DNA of 35,327 nucleotides, taken from positions 1 through 35,327 of the forward strand of contig JAOPZP010000495.1 in the NCBI GenBank assembly GCA_025964055.1, read 5' to 3'. Source of the DNA: Conexibacter sp. GTDB taxonomy: Bacteria > Actinomycetota > Thermoleophilia > Solirubrobacterales > Solirubrobacteraceae. Below the pieces are notes generated by a model. The model was not told the origin of the DNA. It ran no database searches and was given only the letters and a program-made list of their open reading frames with translations. The position numbers and the translations under genes are program-made. Shown here piece after piece: positions 18,387 through 26,973 of this stretch; the stretch's first letter is position 1, and every line of letters starts with the position of its first letter.

Positions 18387-19556
18387 ATGGACACGGTCCT
18401 CCTCATCCTCATCGCCGCCGTCGCGGTTCCCGGCCTGGCGACGGCCCTGCACCTCGGGCTGCTCGCCGGCGCCTCGCTCTTCTACCGCGCGCCGCGGGCC
18501 GGTGCAGGGGACCGGCTCCGCTTCCTCGTCCTCATGCCGGCCCACGACGAGGAGCTCGTCATCGGCCGCTCCCTGGCGGCGATCGCCGCCGACCTCCGCG
18601 AGCGTGACCAGCTCCTGGTCGTCGCCGATCGCTGCACCGACGCCACCGCCACCCTTGCGCGTGCAGCGGGCGCGGCCGTGCTCGAGCGCGGGGACGACGA
18701 CGAGCCCGGCCGCGCGGCCGCACGCCAGGCGGGCCTCGAGCACGCCCGTGGCCTCGAGTGGGACGCGGTGGTCATGCTCGACGCCGACTCCGTGATCGAG
18801 CCCGGCTTCTTCGCCGCCTGCGAGCAGGCGCTCGCGTCCGGCGCACCGGCGGTCCAGGCACGGAGCGAGAGCAGCCACGGCCGGACGCTGGCCGCGGAGG
18901 CATCGCTGGCCGCCTTCACCCTGCAGGGCATCACGATCCCGCGCGGACGCAGCGCGCTCGGCCTCTCGGTCCGGCTCCGCGGCACGGGCATGGCGATCCG
19001 CCGCGACGTCGCCCTCGCGCACCGGTTCCGCGCGCCGGCCTCCGAGGACCTCTACTTCACGCTGGACCTGCTCCTCGCCGGCCATCGCTGTCGCCACGTC
19101 GACCCGGCTCGGCTGCGGTCGGAGGGGGCGAGCGGCTGGGGGACCTTCGGCGGTCAGAAGGTCCGCTACGAGGCCGGACGGATGAACGCGGCGCGCGACT
19201 TCGTCGTGCCGCTGCTGCGCCGCGCGGTGCGCGAGCGCGACGTCGCGTGCCTGGAGGCCGCGTGGTTCCTGGCCAGCCCGCCGTTCGCCGCGGCGGCGGT
19301 CTCGCTGCTGCTGGGCACGGCGCTGGCCGCCGTCGCCGGCGCCTGGCCGCTGGCCGTCGTCGGCGCGGCGGCGTTCGCGGTGCTGGCCGGCGCGCTGGTC
19401 GTGGGCCTGATCCAGGCGCGCGCCGGGTGGCGCACCTGGCTGGCGCTGGCCGCCGCCCCGTGGTACCTGGCGTGGAAGACCGTCGTCCAGGTGCGCGCGC
19501 TGATCCGCGTGCTGCGCCGCGACGACTACTACGGGCCGACGGCCCGCCGCGCCTGA
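18387..19556 (+). CDS. Membrane glycosyltransferase family 2 (cellulose-synthase-like)
   Basis: PAHDEE, VADRCTD, LDAD, SEDL, QKVRY; N- and C-terminal TM helices. Confidence 0.88.
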   Translation: MDTVLLILIAAVAVPGLATALHLGLLAGASLFYRAPRAGAGDRLRFLVLMPAHDEELVIGRSLAAIAADLRERDQLLVVADRCTDATATLARAAGAAVLERGDDDEPGRAAARQAGLEHARGLEWDAVVMLDADSVIEPGFFAACEQALASGAPAVQARSESSHGRTLAAEASLAAFTLQGITIPRGRSALGLSVRLRGTGMAIRRDVALAHRFRAPASEDLYFTLDLLLAGHRCRHVDPARLRSEGASGWGTFGGQKVRYEAGRMNAARDFVVPLLRRAVRERDVACLEAAWFLASPPFAAAAVSLLLGTALAAVAGAWPLAVVGAAAFAVLAGALVVGLIQARAGWRTWLALAAAPWYLAWKTVVQVRALIRVLRRDDYYGPTARRA

Positions 19557-19566
19557 CCCGGGGCGC

Positions 19567-21228
19567 TCAGCGGATCCCGACGTCCTGGCCGTCGGAGGCG
19601 CGGCCGTGGCCCGGCGAGCCGGCGGTCAGCCGGAACCCGGTCGCCACCGTGGGATGGGCGCCGCCGACGTACGCCGGCGTGCCGGTGAAGTCGCCGCTGG
19701 CCACGCCCTGGCGGACCATGTTGTGGTTGCGCGTCGCGACCGTCGAGCCGTTCTCGAGGGTCACGCCCGAGGTGATGTTGTCGATCACGGTCGTGCCGCT
19801 GCCCGCCGGGTCGGCCGACTTGCGGTTGATGTCGATGAAGCCGCAGGGCACGTTGCCCGCGTAGCAGCCGGTCGGCCGGTACACCACCGTGTTGTGACGG
19901 ACGGTCGAGCCGTTGTCGGAGTACAGCTCGATGCCCGCCGTGCGCGCGATGTCGACCACGTTGTCCTCGATGGTCGCGTGGTCGATGCCGTCGTAGGCGA
20001 CGATGCCCGACGCCGTGTCGTGGACGTAGTTGCCGCGGACCAGGACACCCGTCGCGCCGATGAGCTGCATGGCGTCGCTGTGGGCCGGGTCGCTGGGACC
20101 CGTCTCCTTGATGTTGCTGAACTCGTTGTTGATGATGTTCATCCCGACGCCCGTCTGGATGCCGTCGGAGTTGCCGCCGCTGAGCACCGAGTTCATCACC
20201 GTCACGCCCGAGGCGGTGGGGGAGTCGTAGTTGCCGTGGATCCGGGCCGGGTCGCACGACGCGCAGGTCATGATGTTGTTGTGCGTGTTGTGGTCCAGCA
20301 GCACGTTGGCGTTCGCGAGGCGGTCGAACATCAGGCTGCCGGTGAACGTCGAGTTGCGGATGGTGATGTTGTTGGTCGCGCCGGTCAGGGTCGCGCCCGT
20401 GATCGTCAGGCCGTCGAGGATGATGTTCGACGCAGCCCCGAAGTCCACCGCCATGCTGACCGCCGCGCCGGGCTGCGGGATGACGAAGACCGGTCCGGGC
20501 TTCGCTGCGCCCGTGAACGTCCCGTAGCCGCCGGCGGCCAGGCAGACCGTCTGGCCGCTGGTCGCCGCGGCGAACTGCGCGCCGAACGTGGCGGTCGTCG
20601 CCGTGCGGTTGCACGTGGCCGGCGTGGCCGGTGGGGTCGGGATGGGGGTGGGCGTCGGGCCCGTCGTGCCGATCCCGGTGCCGCCCGGCGTTCCGGGCGC
20701 GGCTCCGGCGGGGGCGCCGGGTGCGGGCACGCCGGCCGTGGCGGTCGAGCTGGCCCCCGGCGCCGCCGCGCCCGGCTGGGCGCCCTTGGCGGCGGCCGGC
20801 ACGCTGCTCTTCTTGCGCGGATCGCTGCCGGCCTTGACCTCGGCCCCGTCGCTGAAGCCGTCGCCGTCGGTGTCCTTCTTGCGCGGGTTCGTGTGGTACT
20901 TGCGGACTTCGGCGCCGTCGGTCAAGCCGTCGACGTCGGTGTCCTTGCGCCGCGGACCGGTGTGGTAGCGCAGGACCTCCTGGCCGTCGGTGAGGCCGTC
21001 GCGGTCGGTGTCCTTGCGGCGCGGGTTGGTGTGCAGCCGGTACTCGCGGAGGTTGCTGAGGCGATCGTGGTCGGTGTCGGCCTTGACCGAGCCCACCGCG
21101 AGGCCGTAGTGATGGGCCCAGCCCTTGGGGAGCAGGCTCTGATGGCGGTGGCTGGTCGCCGCGATCGCCGCGGGGACGGCGATGGCGAGGAGGCAGAAGG
21201 CCACCGTCATGCTTCTGAGCTTGGACAT
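19567..21228 (-). CDS. Secreted protein: bacterial TSP3-like Ca-binding repeats + Pro/Ala/Thr linker + right-handed parallel beta-helix domain
   Basis: Signal peptide; DTDxDGLxD repeats; NITIRNS, HSDAMQL, GIELYSDNGS beta-helix stacks; GAAAGGGA SD. Confidence 0.82.
   Translation of the reverse strand: MSKLRSMTVAFCLLAIAVPAAIAATSHRHQSLLPKGWAHHYGLAVGSVKADTDHDRLSNLREYRLHTNPRRKDTDRDGLTDGQEVLRYHTGPRRKDTDVDGLTDGAEVRKYHTNPRKKDTDGDGFSDGAEVKAGSDPRKKSSVPAAAKGAQPGAAAPGASSTATAGVPAPGAPAGAAPGTPGGTGIGTTGPTPTPIPTPPATPATCNRTATTATFGAQFAAATSGQTVCLAAGGYGTFTGAAKPGPVFVIPQPGAAVSMAVDFGAASNIILDGLTITGATLTGATNNITIRNSTFTGSLMFDRLANANVLLDHNTHNNIMTCASCDPARIHGNYDSPTASGVTVMNSVLSGGNSDGIQTGVGMNIINNEFSNIKETGPSDPAHSDAMQLIGATGVLVRGNYVHDTASGIVAYDGIDHATIEDNVVDIARTAGIELYSDNGSTVRHNTVVYRPTGCYAGNVPCGFIDINRKSADPAGSGTTVIDNITSGVTLENGSTVATRNHNMVRQGVASGDFTGTPAYVGGAHPTVATGFRLTAGSPGHGRASDGQDVGIR
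20803..21078 (-). repeat. TSP3-like DTDxDGLTDGxEVxxYHTNPRxK repeats (about 69 bp unit)
   Basis: Four DTD units visible in the translation. Confidence 0.85.
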
Positions 21229-21395
21229 CTGGTCGTCCCTTTCGACGTCGGCGCCGGCTGACGCGTGGCGGATCGTGCGAAAGGAGACGGCACCCCTAGC
21301 CCCGGCGTCCTGCCAGGGCCCGTCCCCGAGTGAAGCGACAGACTACCCGATGGTCTGCGCGAGCAAGCTCGACGGACGGGGAGCGGGAACGACGC

Positions 21396-21424
21396 CGGGC
21401 GGCCCGGGGATGCCGGGCCGCCCG
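21396..21424 (-). terminator. GC-rich hairpin, putative terminator of the 21431..23374 gene
   Basis: Perfect 12-bp stem CGGGCGGCCCGG/CCGGGCCGCCCG, 5-nt loop, 6 nt after the stop; no U tract. Confidence 0.6.
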
Positions 21425-21430
21425 AGGCGC

Positions 21431-23374
21431 TCAGCGGCGGCCGACGTCCGCGCCGTCGGTCGCGGCGCCGTTGCCGGGCGAGCTGGAGGCGAGCGTGAAG
21501 CCCGAGTACGCGCCAGGCGCCGATCCGCCGGAGTAGACCGGGGTCCCGATCGTGTTGGCCGATCCCGCCGCGGTGCGCAGCATGTTGTGCGTGTTCTGGG
21601 CTGCCGTCGACCCGTCGCTGATCGAGACGTCGGTCGCGATGTTGTCGCTCACGACCGTGCCCGTGCCCGCCGGATCGGCGCTCTTGCGGTCCAGGATGAT
21701 GTACCCGCAGGCGGCGTACGCGCAGCCCGTGTTGTAGACGAGCGTGTTGTGGCGGACGATCGAGCCGTTGTCGGAGTAGAGCTCGATGCCCCACCGGCCG
21801 TTGATCAGGTCGATGACGTTGTCCTGGATCGTGGCGTGTGAGAGGCCGTCGTAGGCGACGATGCCGTCAGCGGTGTTGTGGATGTAGTTGCCCTGGACGA
21901 GGGAGTACGGCGCGTCGATGAGCTGGATGGCGTCGGTGTGCGCCTGATCGTTCGGGCCGTTCTCCTTGATGTTGCGGAACTCGTTGTTGATGATGTTAAG
22001 GCCCGTCCCCGCCTGGATGCCGTCGGCGTTGCCGTCGGCGAACAGCGAGTTCGACACGGTCACGCCGGAGGGCGTGTTCGAGCCGTAGGGCAGGTGGATC
22101 ATCGCGGGGTCGCAGCTGGCGCACGTCTGGACGCCGATGTGCGTGTTGTGGTCCAGCAGGATGTTGGCGTTGGCGACGCCGTCGATCACCAGGTGGCTGC
22201 TGAACGCCGAGTTGCGGATGGTGATGTTCTTGGCGCCGGCGTTGATGGACCCGCCGGGGGTCGAGATGCCGTCGATCGTGAAGCCGGAGTCACCGGTGGT
22301 GAAGTCCAGGCCCATGGTCACCGCGGCGCTGGCGGCCGGCCGCAGGGTGATGGCCTTGTTGGTGCCCGTCCAGGTGCCGTAGTTGCCGGCGGCGAGGCAG
22401 AGCACCTGGCCCGCCGTCGCGGCGCTGACCTGTGCCGAGAACGTCGAGGTGGTGGCGTTGCGATCGCAGGTCGTCGGCGTCGGCGTCGGCGTGGGCGTGG
22501 GATCCGGCGTGGGCGTCGGGTCCGGAGTGGGCGTCGGGGTGGGATCCGGCGTGGGCGTCGGCGTCGGGTCAGGGGTCGGGCTGGGCGCAGCCGTCACGGT
22601 CAGCGTCTTGTTCGCGGTGGCCGCGCGGCCGAGCGCGTCGGTGACGGTCAGGCGCACGTACTTGGACCCGGCGCCCTGGAAGGTGAAGGTGGGGGTCGTG
22701 CCCGAGCCCAGCGGCCAGGCGCCGGTGCCGTCGGAGCCGACGTCCGTCCAGTTGTAGGTGCACGGCGTCACCACGCAGGTGGATCCGCGGCCGTCGAACT
22801 TGACCTGCTGCCCGGTCTGCGGGGCAGACGGCGTCGCCGTGAAGGCGGCCGTCGGTGCAGCCGGCGTCGGGACCGGCGTGGGCGTGGGCGTCGGCGCGGG
22901 CGTCGGGTCCGGCGTCGGCGTCGGGGCCGGCGTCGGCGTCGGGTCCGGCGTCAGGATCGGCGGGACCACCACGGGCGGCACGGGGATGGGGGCCGGAGTC
23001 GGCTTCTTCGGCACGCTGCTGCGCTTCAGGGGATTGCTGCCGGCCGTCACCTCGACGCCGTCGGAGTAGGTGTCGCCGTCGGTGTCCTTCTTGCGCGGAT
23101 TGGTGTGGTAGCGCTGGACTTCCTGACCATCGGTGAGGCCGTCCCTGTCGGTGTCGATCGCCGAGGGGTTGAGCTTCAGCTGGAACTCGATCCGGTTGGC
23201 GAGCCCGTCACGGTCGGCATCGCTGCCGGCCGATGAGGCGCCGGCGGCGATGTGGTAGCGCGCCTGCCACGCGTCGTTCAAGCCGTCGTGGTTGGCGTCG
23301 GCGGCGGCGGCGGTGGCAATTGGCCCCACGCACGCGGCGAGGGCGAGGACCGGCAACATCAAGAACTTCGACAT
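21431..23374 (-). CDS. Secreted protein: TSP3-like repeats + PT linker + PKD domain + PT linker + parallel beta-helix (paralog of 19567..21228)
   Basis: AGGAG SD, MSKFLMLPVLALAA signal; PKD-like PTAAFTATP...VKFDG...YNW...VRLTVTD; HTDAIQL, GIELYSDNGS. Confidence 0.82.
   Translation of the reverse strand: MSKFLMLPVLALAACVGPIATAAAADANHDGLNDAWQARYHIAAGASSAGSDADRDGLANRIEFQLKLNPSAIDTDRDGLTDGQEVQRYHTNPRKKDTDGDTYSDGVEVTAGSNPLKRSSVPKKPTPAPIPVPPVVVPPILTPDPTPTPAPTPTPDPTPAPTPTPTPVPTPAAPTAAFTATPSAPQTGQQVKFDGRGSTCVVTPCTYNWTDVGSDGTGAWPLGSGTTPTFTFQGAGSKYVRLTVTDALGRAATANKTLTVTAAPSPTPDPTPTPTPDPTPTPTPDPTPTPDPTPTPTPTPTTCDRNATTSTFSAQVSAATAGQVLCLAAGNYGTWTGTNKAITLRPAASAAVTMGLDFTTGDSGFTIDGISTPGGSINAGAKNITIRNSAFSSHLVIDGVANANILLDHNTHIGVQTCASCDPAMIHLPYGSNTPSGVTVSNSLFADGNADGIQAGTGLNIINNEFRNIKENGPNDQAHTDAIQLIDAPYSLVQGNYIHNTADGIVAYDGLSHATIQDNVIDLINGRWGIELYSDNGSIVRHNTLVYNTGCAYAACGYIILDRKSADPAGTGTVVSDNIATDVSISDGSTAAQNTHNMLRTAAGSANTIGTPVYSGGSAPGAYSGFTLASSSPGNGAATDGADVGRR
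22470..22953 (-). repeat. Two Pro-Thr/Asp low-complexity linkers (about 22470-22585 and 22861-22953) flanking the PKD domain
   Basis: Tandem GGCGTC/GGCGTG hexamers encoding (PT)n and TPDP. Confidence 0.85.
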
Positions 23375-23832
23375 CGACCTATCTCCTAGTCGTTGGCCTG
23401 CGGGTATGCGTGGACCGTGCAGTGCAGCTATCGGCGCTGATGCCGATGACGCTTGAAACCTGCTCGCAGGAACTGGACGGCCTGGCGCCGCGACCAACAC
23501 GTCCAGAAGGCACGGCGGATCCTCCGGTCATCAGACTGGTCAGCGATGCAGATCGACAGAGTGCGTCGCGCCGCCGGGAGCTCCGGCAGTGGCTCATGGA
23601 CCTGCGACAGCTGGGAACGGGCCTGAGGTGCGGAAGATCCGGAGATCCCCTGCCTCGCACCTGGCCGCTGGGCAGCGTAGTACCTCGATCGCCGAGGGCT
23701 AAACGCCGCAGTCGCGGCGTGTCAGCACCCTGCCCTGGGTGGGCGTCCAGGAGCGCCGCGGCGTACCACGGGCGTGGATGGGCGGCCGCACCCGCGAGCG
23801 GGGGCCGACTCCATCATCTTCGGACCGAGCGA

Positions 23833-23860
23833 TCCGCGCACGCCCTCCAGGCGTGGCGGA
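23833..23860 (-). terminator. Imperfect hairpin after the ACP gene
   Basis: TCCGCGCACGCC-CTCCA-GGCGTGGCGGA: 11-bp stem with one bulge, just past the stop at 23867. Confidence 0.4.
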
Positions 23861-23866
23861 GGGGGC

Positions 23867-24130
23867 TCAGGTCAGCTTGCGGTCGACCAGCTCGCTGAGG
23901 CTGGCCAGCGTCTCGAACGCCTCGGCGGTGACGTCGTCGCCGTCGAAGACGATGCCGAACCGCGCCTCGAGCGCGACGACGAGCTCCGCCACGGCCAGCG
24001 AGTCCAGCTCCGGGAGCGCGCCGAGCAGCGGCGTGGACGCGTCGATCGTGCCGGCGCGGTCCTCGAGGCCGAGGGTCTCGACGATCACGGCCTTGACGCT
24101 CTCGATGCTCGTCGTGGTGTTGGGGTCCAT
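23867..24130 (-). CDS. Acyl carrier protein
   Basis: 87 aa, acidic; LLGALPELDSLAV phosphopantetheine-serine motif; AGGAG SD 5 nt before the ATG. Confidence 0.9.
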   Translation of the reverse strand: MDPNTTTSIESVKAVIVETLGLEDRAGTIDASTPLLGALPELDSLAVAELVVALEARFGIVFDGDDVTAEAFETLASLSELVDRKLT

Positions 24131-24174
24131 CGGTGCTCCTGTCGCGGAAGGGCGGTCGTGCTCGTCGGACATCT

Positions 24175-25395
24175 TCACACGAGCACTTCGGCGGCGGCCG
24201 GGTGGCCGAGGAAGGCCGCCGGGCTGGCGGTCAGCCCGTAGGCGCCCGCCTGGAACATGACCACCAGGTCGCCGACGTCGGCGGGCGGCAGCTCCACGTT
24301 GTCGGCGAGCAGGTCCAGCGGCGTGCAGAGGCAGCCGACGACCGTCACGGCCTCGGTCTCGGTCGCGTCCCCGCGCCCGCCGATCGCCACGGGGTAGTTG
24401 CGCCGGATGACCTGGCCGAAGTTGCCCGAGGCGGCGAGCTGGTGATGGAGTCCGCCGTCCACGACGAGGAACGTCTTGCCCCGGGACTCCTTGCGGTCGA
24501 CGACGCGCGTCACGTAGACGCCGCACTCGCCGACGACGTAGCGGCCCAGCTCGACCACGACGCGCGCGTCGGGCAGGTTGGGGGTCACGACGTCGGCCAG
24601 GAGCCCGGCCAGGTTCTCGCCGATCGCGCCGAGGTCCAGCGGCTGGTCCTGGGGGAAGTAGGGGATCCCGAAGCCGCCGCCGACGTTCAGGTACCGGATC
24701 GGCTCGGCCGCATGCTCGGCCAGCGCGACCGCGAGGTCGACGGTCTTGCGCTGCGCCTCGCACAGGATCTCGGCGTTGAGGTTCTGGGAGCCGGCGAAGA
24801 TGTGGAAGCCCAGGAGCTCGAGGTCGGTGGCGGCGATCTGCGCCAGCAGCGCCGGCACCTGCTCGGCGTCGACGCCGAACTGCTGGGGGCCGCCCGACAT
24901 CCGCATGCCCGAGCCCTTCACCTGGAAGTCGGGGTTGACGCGCACCGCGACGCGCGGCCGGATGCCGAGCCGCTCGCCCGTCTCGGCGATGCGCCGCGCC
25001 TCGGTCGCCGACTCCATCTCGATCGTCACGCCGGCCGCGACGGCCTGGCTGAGCTCCTGCGGCGTCTTGCCCGGGCCGGCGAAGCTGATCCGGTCCGCCG
25101 GCGTGGGCGTGTCGAGCGCGACCTGCATCTCGCCCGCCGAGGCGACGTCCAGCGAGTCCACCAGGCCGCTGAGGTGCTGGACGACCGCCGGCATCGGGTT
25201 GGCCTTCACGGCGTAGCTCAGGTCGATGCCCGCCGGCAGCGTCGCACGCAGCAGCGCGATGCGCTCGTTCAGCAGCGCGCGGTCGTAGGCGAAGAACGGG
25301 GTGGTGCCGACGCGAGCGGCGAGGCGCTCGAGCGGCACGCCGCCGACGTGGTCGCAATGGCGCAGCGCGGTGGCGGTGGCGATGGTGTCGGTCAT
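24175..25395 (-). CDS. Fold-type III PLP-dependent decarboxylase (BtrK-like; 'exosortase A system-associated' TIGR03099-like)
   Basis: SYAVKANP (PLP lysine), FHIFAGSQNL, NVGGGFGIPYF, ELGRY, GCLCTPLD, GAYG. Confidence 0.9.
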   Translation of the reverse strand: MTDTIATATALRHCDHVGGVPLERLAARVGTTPFFAYDRALLNERIALLRATLPAGIDLSYAVKANPMPAVVQHLSGLVDSLDVASAGEMQVALDTPTPADRISFAGPGKTPQELSQAVAAGVTIEMESATEARRIAETGERLGIRPRVAVRVNPDFQVKGSGMRMSGGPQQFGVDAEQVPALLAQIAATDLELLGFHIFAGSQNLNAEILCEAQRKTVDLAVALAEHAAEPIRYLNVGGGFGIPYFPQDQPLDLGAIGENLAGLLADVVTPNLPDARVVVELGRYVVGECGVYVTRVVDRKESRGKTFLVVDGGLHHQLAASGNFGQVIRRNYPVAIGGRGDATETEAVTVVGCLCTPLDLLADNVELPPADVGDLVVMFQAGAYGLTASPAAFLGHPAAAEVLV

Positions 25396-26945
25396 GAGGA
25401 CGCGAGCTCCTGGCGCAGCAGGTTGCGGTCGAACTTGTCGTTGGGCGAGCGGGGAAGCTCGGCCCGCACGGAGACGTGCTTGGGCAGCATGTAGAGCGGC
25501 AGCTGCTTGCGCAGCTCCGCCAGCAGGACGCCGGGGTCGAGCTCGGCGCCGTTGGCCGGGCTGACGGCCAGGACGATGCGCTGGCCGAGGCGGTCGTCGT
25601 CGATGCCGAGGGCGACCGCGTCGCGGACCAGGCCCGTGCCGTAGACGACCTCCTCGATCTCGGTCGGGCTCACGCGGTAGCCGGACGTCTTGATCATCTC
25701 GTCCTTGCGGCTGACGAAGTAGAGGAACCCCTCCGCGTCGCGGGTCACGGCGTCGCCGGAGAAGACCGCCAGCTCGGTGGTCATGAGGCCCGGGTCGCGG
25801 CCGGGGGCCGGCTTGAAGCGCTCGGCGGTGCGCGCGGCGTCGTTCCAGTAGCCCAGCGCCACGAGCGCGCCGCGATGCACGAGCTCGCCCTCCTCGCCGT
25901 CGTCGCAGAGCGTGCCGTCCTCGCGGACGACGAGGATCTCGGCGTTCGGGATCGCCTTGCCGATCGAGTCCGGGCGGCGATCCACCTCGTCGGGGTCGAG
26001 GTAGGTCGAGCGGAACGCCTCCGTGAGGCCGTACATGAGGTACGGCTTGGCCGCCGGGAAGATCGCCCGGAGCCGGTCCAGCGTGGCCCGTGGCATGCGC
26101 CCACCGGTGTTGGCGAAGTAGCGCAGGCTCTCCGACGCCTCCGCCGGCCACTCCTGCTCGGCCAGCTGGATCCACAGCGGTGGCACGCACGTCAGCCCCG
26201 TGACGCGATGGCGGGCGCACAGGGCGACGACGTCGCGCGCGAGCAGGTAGTCCACGAGCACGACGTGCGCGCCGACGGTGAACGCGGTGGTGAGCTGGCT
26301 GAAGCCGGCGTCGAAGCTCAGCGGCAGCGCGGCCAGGATGACGTCGTCGGCGTCGTTGTGGAGGTACTCGCTGACGCTCGCGCCGCCGACCAGCAGGTTG
26401 CGGTGCGAGAGGACGACGCCCTTGGGCTTGCCCGTGCTGCCCGACGTGTACAGGATCGCCGCGAGGTCGACGTCGACGCGCGGGCCGGACGGCAGCGGGG
26501 TGTCCGGAGCCAGGACGTCCTCCCAGGACCGGGCGCCGCCGGCGGGCTCCGTGCCGAGGACGACGAGGTGCTCCAGCGCCGGGCACTGTCCGAGCTCGTC
26601 GCGCAGGAGCGCGAGGCGCTCGGCGGTCGTGACCAGGACGCGGACGTCGCAGTCGGCCAGGATGTAGGCGACCTGCTTGGCCCGGAGCTGCGGGTTGACG
26701 GGCACGAACACGCCACCCGCGGCGGAGGTGCCGAAGATCGAGACCACGGTCTCGACACGCTTGTCGAGGTAGACGCCGACGCGCTCGCCCCGCTGGAGGC
26801 CCAGCGCGGCGAGCCCGGCACCGAACGCCGCGACGTCGTGCCAGAGCTCGGCGTAGCCGACCGTGCGGTCCTTGACCGTCAGCGCGGGGGCGTCCGGCGT
26901 CCGGGCGGCCGCGTCGGCGATCAGGTGGTGCAGGTGGGTGTGCAT
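25392..26945 (-). CDS. AMP-forming acyl/aminoacyl ligase ('exosortase A system-associated' TIGR03098-like)
   Basis: YTSGSTGKPKG, LPLSFDAG, YGLTEAFRSTY, KTSGYRVSPTEIEE, PRSPNDK; GGAGGA SD. Confidence 0.9.
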   Translation of the reverse strand: MHTHLHHLIADAAARTPDAPALTVKDRTVGYAELWHDVAAFGAGLAALGLQRGERVGVYLDKRVETVVSIFGTSAAGGVFVPVNPQLRAKQVAYILADCDVRVLVTTAERLALLRDELGQCPALEHLVVLGTEPAGGARSWEDVLAPDTPLPSGPRVDVDLAAILYTSGSTGKPKGVVLSHRNLLVGGASVSEYLHNDADDVILAALPLSFDAGFSQLTTAFTVGAHVVLVDYLLARDVVALCARHRVTGLTCVPPLWIQLAEQEWPAEASESLRYFANTGGRMPRATLDRLRAIFPAAKPYLMYGLTEAFRSTYLDPDEVDRRPDSIGKAIPNAEILVVREDGTLCDDGEEGELVHRGALVALGYWNDAARTAERFKPAPGRDPGLMTTELAVFSGDAVTRDAEGFLYFVSRKDEMIKTSGYRVSPTEIEEVVYGTGLVRDAVALGIDDDRLGQRIVLAVSPANGAELDPGVLLAELRKQLPLYMLPKHVSVRAELPRSPNDKFDRNLLRQELASS

Positions 26946-26973
26946 GCTGGGCTGGTCCTCCGGGCCGTCCGCG

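Noticed and set aside
21229-21430. Possible c-di-AMP or c-di-GMP riboswitch ahead of the secreted protein gene
   Set aside because: Conserved riboswitch cores not found by eye; only a terminator-like hairpin and a -10-like hexamer
22470-22953. Tandem short repeats as a possible CRISPR array or VNTR
   Set aside because: In-frame Pro-Thr linkers; no unique spacers or cas genes
24175-25395. Calling the decarboxylase lysA
   Set aside because: HIFAGSQNL and GCLCTPLD motifs plus the ACP/ligase context fit the BtrK-like subfamily better
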